From the IMG/VR virus record IMGVR_UViG_3300047159_000040, positions 1 to 64,000 of that record: 64,000 nucleotides of DNA; one strand, given 5' to 3'. How positions within the stretch are numbered: the stretch's first letter is position 1; each line of letters opens with the position of its first letter. Below the pieces are notes generated by a model. The model saw only the letters and a list, made by a program, of their open reading frames with translations, was not told the origin of the DNA and did no database searches. Of this stretch, positions 63,562 through 64,000 are shown piece after piece. The DNA is from a virus (taxonomy: Duplodnaviria > Caudoviricetes). The position numbers and the translations under genes were made by a program.

Positions 63562-63617
63562 TGTTGACGGCTATGTTTCAGGTAGCGGAAAAAAGCGACC
63601 CTGGCTAGCAGGATCGC

Positions 63618-64000
63618 TCAGACTTTCTCGATGGCTCTTATGATCGCGTTGTTGTATCTATCGTACCCGACGCATATCTTGTAATCCGAAGCGTTCGAAG
63701 CCCCTTCTCGAACAAGGCCTATGTATCCAATGCCATACTGAGTCTTTATTCTCAGGCTCATTCTGACGTCTGATGACGCCATTTCCGTCGAATCTCTGAA
63801 CGAATACACCCTGACAGGAAGATCGACTGTCGTCCCATCGGTTCCGGTATATGTGAAATGCATGACGGACATCGCATTGTCAGCGAAGAAGAACGTGTCG
63901 CTTGCTTCCGCTTTGAGCAACGATTCAAGCAAGGCACGATTGACATAGACGTCAATGACGAAATCGCCATCTATTCCTCCGCTGATGCTGAGAGTCATAT
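63618..64000 (-). CDS. hypothetical protein (3' part)
   Basis: The ORF is open to the window edge and is followed by a terminator hairpin at ~63590-63618. Confidence 0.6.
   Translation of the reverse strand, partial: MTLSISGGIDGDFVIDVYVNRALLESLLKAEASDTFFFADNAMSVMHFTYTGTDGTTVDLPVRVYSFRDSTEMASSDVRMSLRIKTQYGIGYIGLVREGASNASDYKICVGYDRYNNAIIRAIEKV

Noticed and set aside
2173-63970. Numerous antisense and alternate-frame ORFs overlapping long genes (e.g. 2869..3564, 23902..24951, 29953..30882, 44732..45586)
   Set aside because: These are shadow ORFs expected from codon bias; the opposite or primary frame carries the recognisable motifs and operon coupling.
1-64000. CRISPR array, tRNA/rRNA genes, a second VR, or a site-specific invertase
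   Set aside because: None was recognised by eye. The GGA-W14-TCC elements are kilobases apart and vary in sequence, so they are not CRISPR repeats. Absence needs confirming with tools and the rest of the genome.

Overview
This window is a segment of a large (jumbo-type) myovirus-like phage genome. It has a terminase large subunit, T4 gp20-like portal, tail sheath and tube, a tape-measure-like protein, several long tail-fibre genes, dUTPase, RusA, a metallophosphoesterase and a GT2 glycosyltransferase. AAGGAGG ribosome-binding sites and TG-extended -10 boxes suggest a Bacillota host (inference). Main observations: (1) A diversity-generating retroelement (target/VR, TR, RT with a YCDN motif, no avd seen) sits inside a ~5.9-kb segment bounded by a perfect 161-bp inverted repeat. 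Inverting that segment would swap the C-terminal tip of a second tail-fibre gene, and short conserved homology blocks could shuffle internal fibre modules, giving three stacked receptor-binding diversification mechanisms. (2) A pseudo-palindromic GGA-(A/T)14-TCC element recurs roughly every 2 kb across the whole window, mostly inside coding sequence. (3) A putative phage late-promoter motif A(A/T)CAA-N3-ATTAT precedes nearly every structural transcription unit. (4) A tandem array of paralogues and several otherwise dissimilar proteins share a C-terminal D-x-I-x-L-D-L-x-I tag. (5) A promoter- and terminator-bounded, highly structured ~310-nt candidate ncRNA lies in an origin-like non-coding region. 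Several frameshifts cluster in the variable fibre modules and in homopolymers and may be assembly errors. All alignments and counts were made by eye; no database searches were run.
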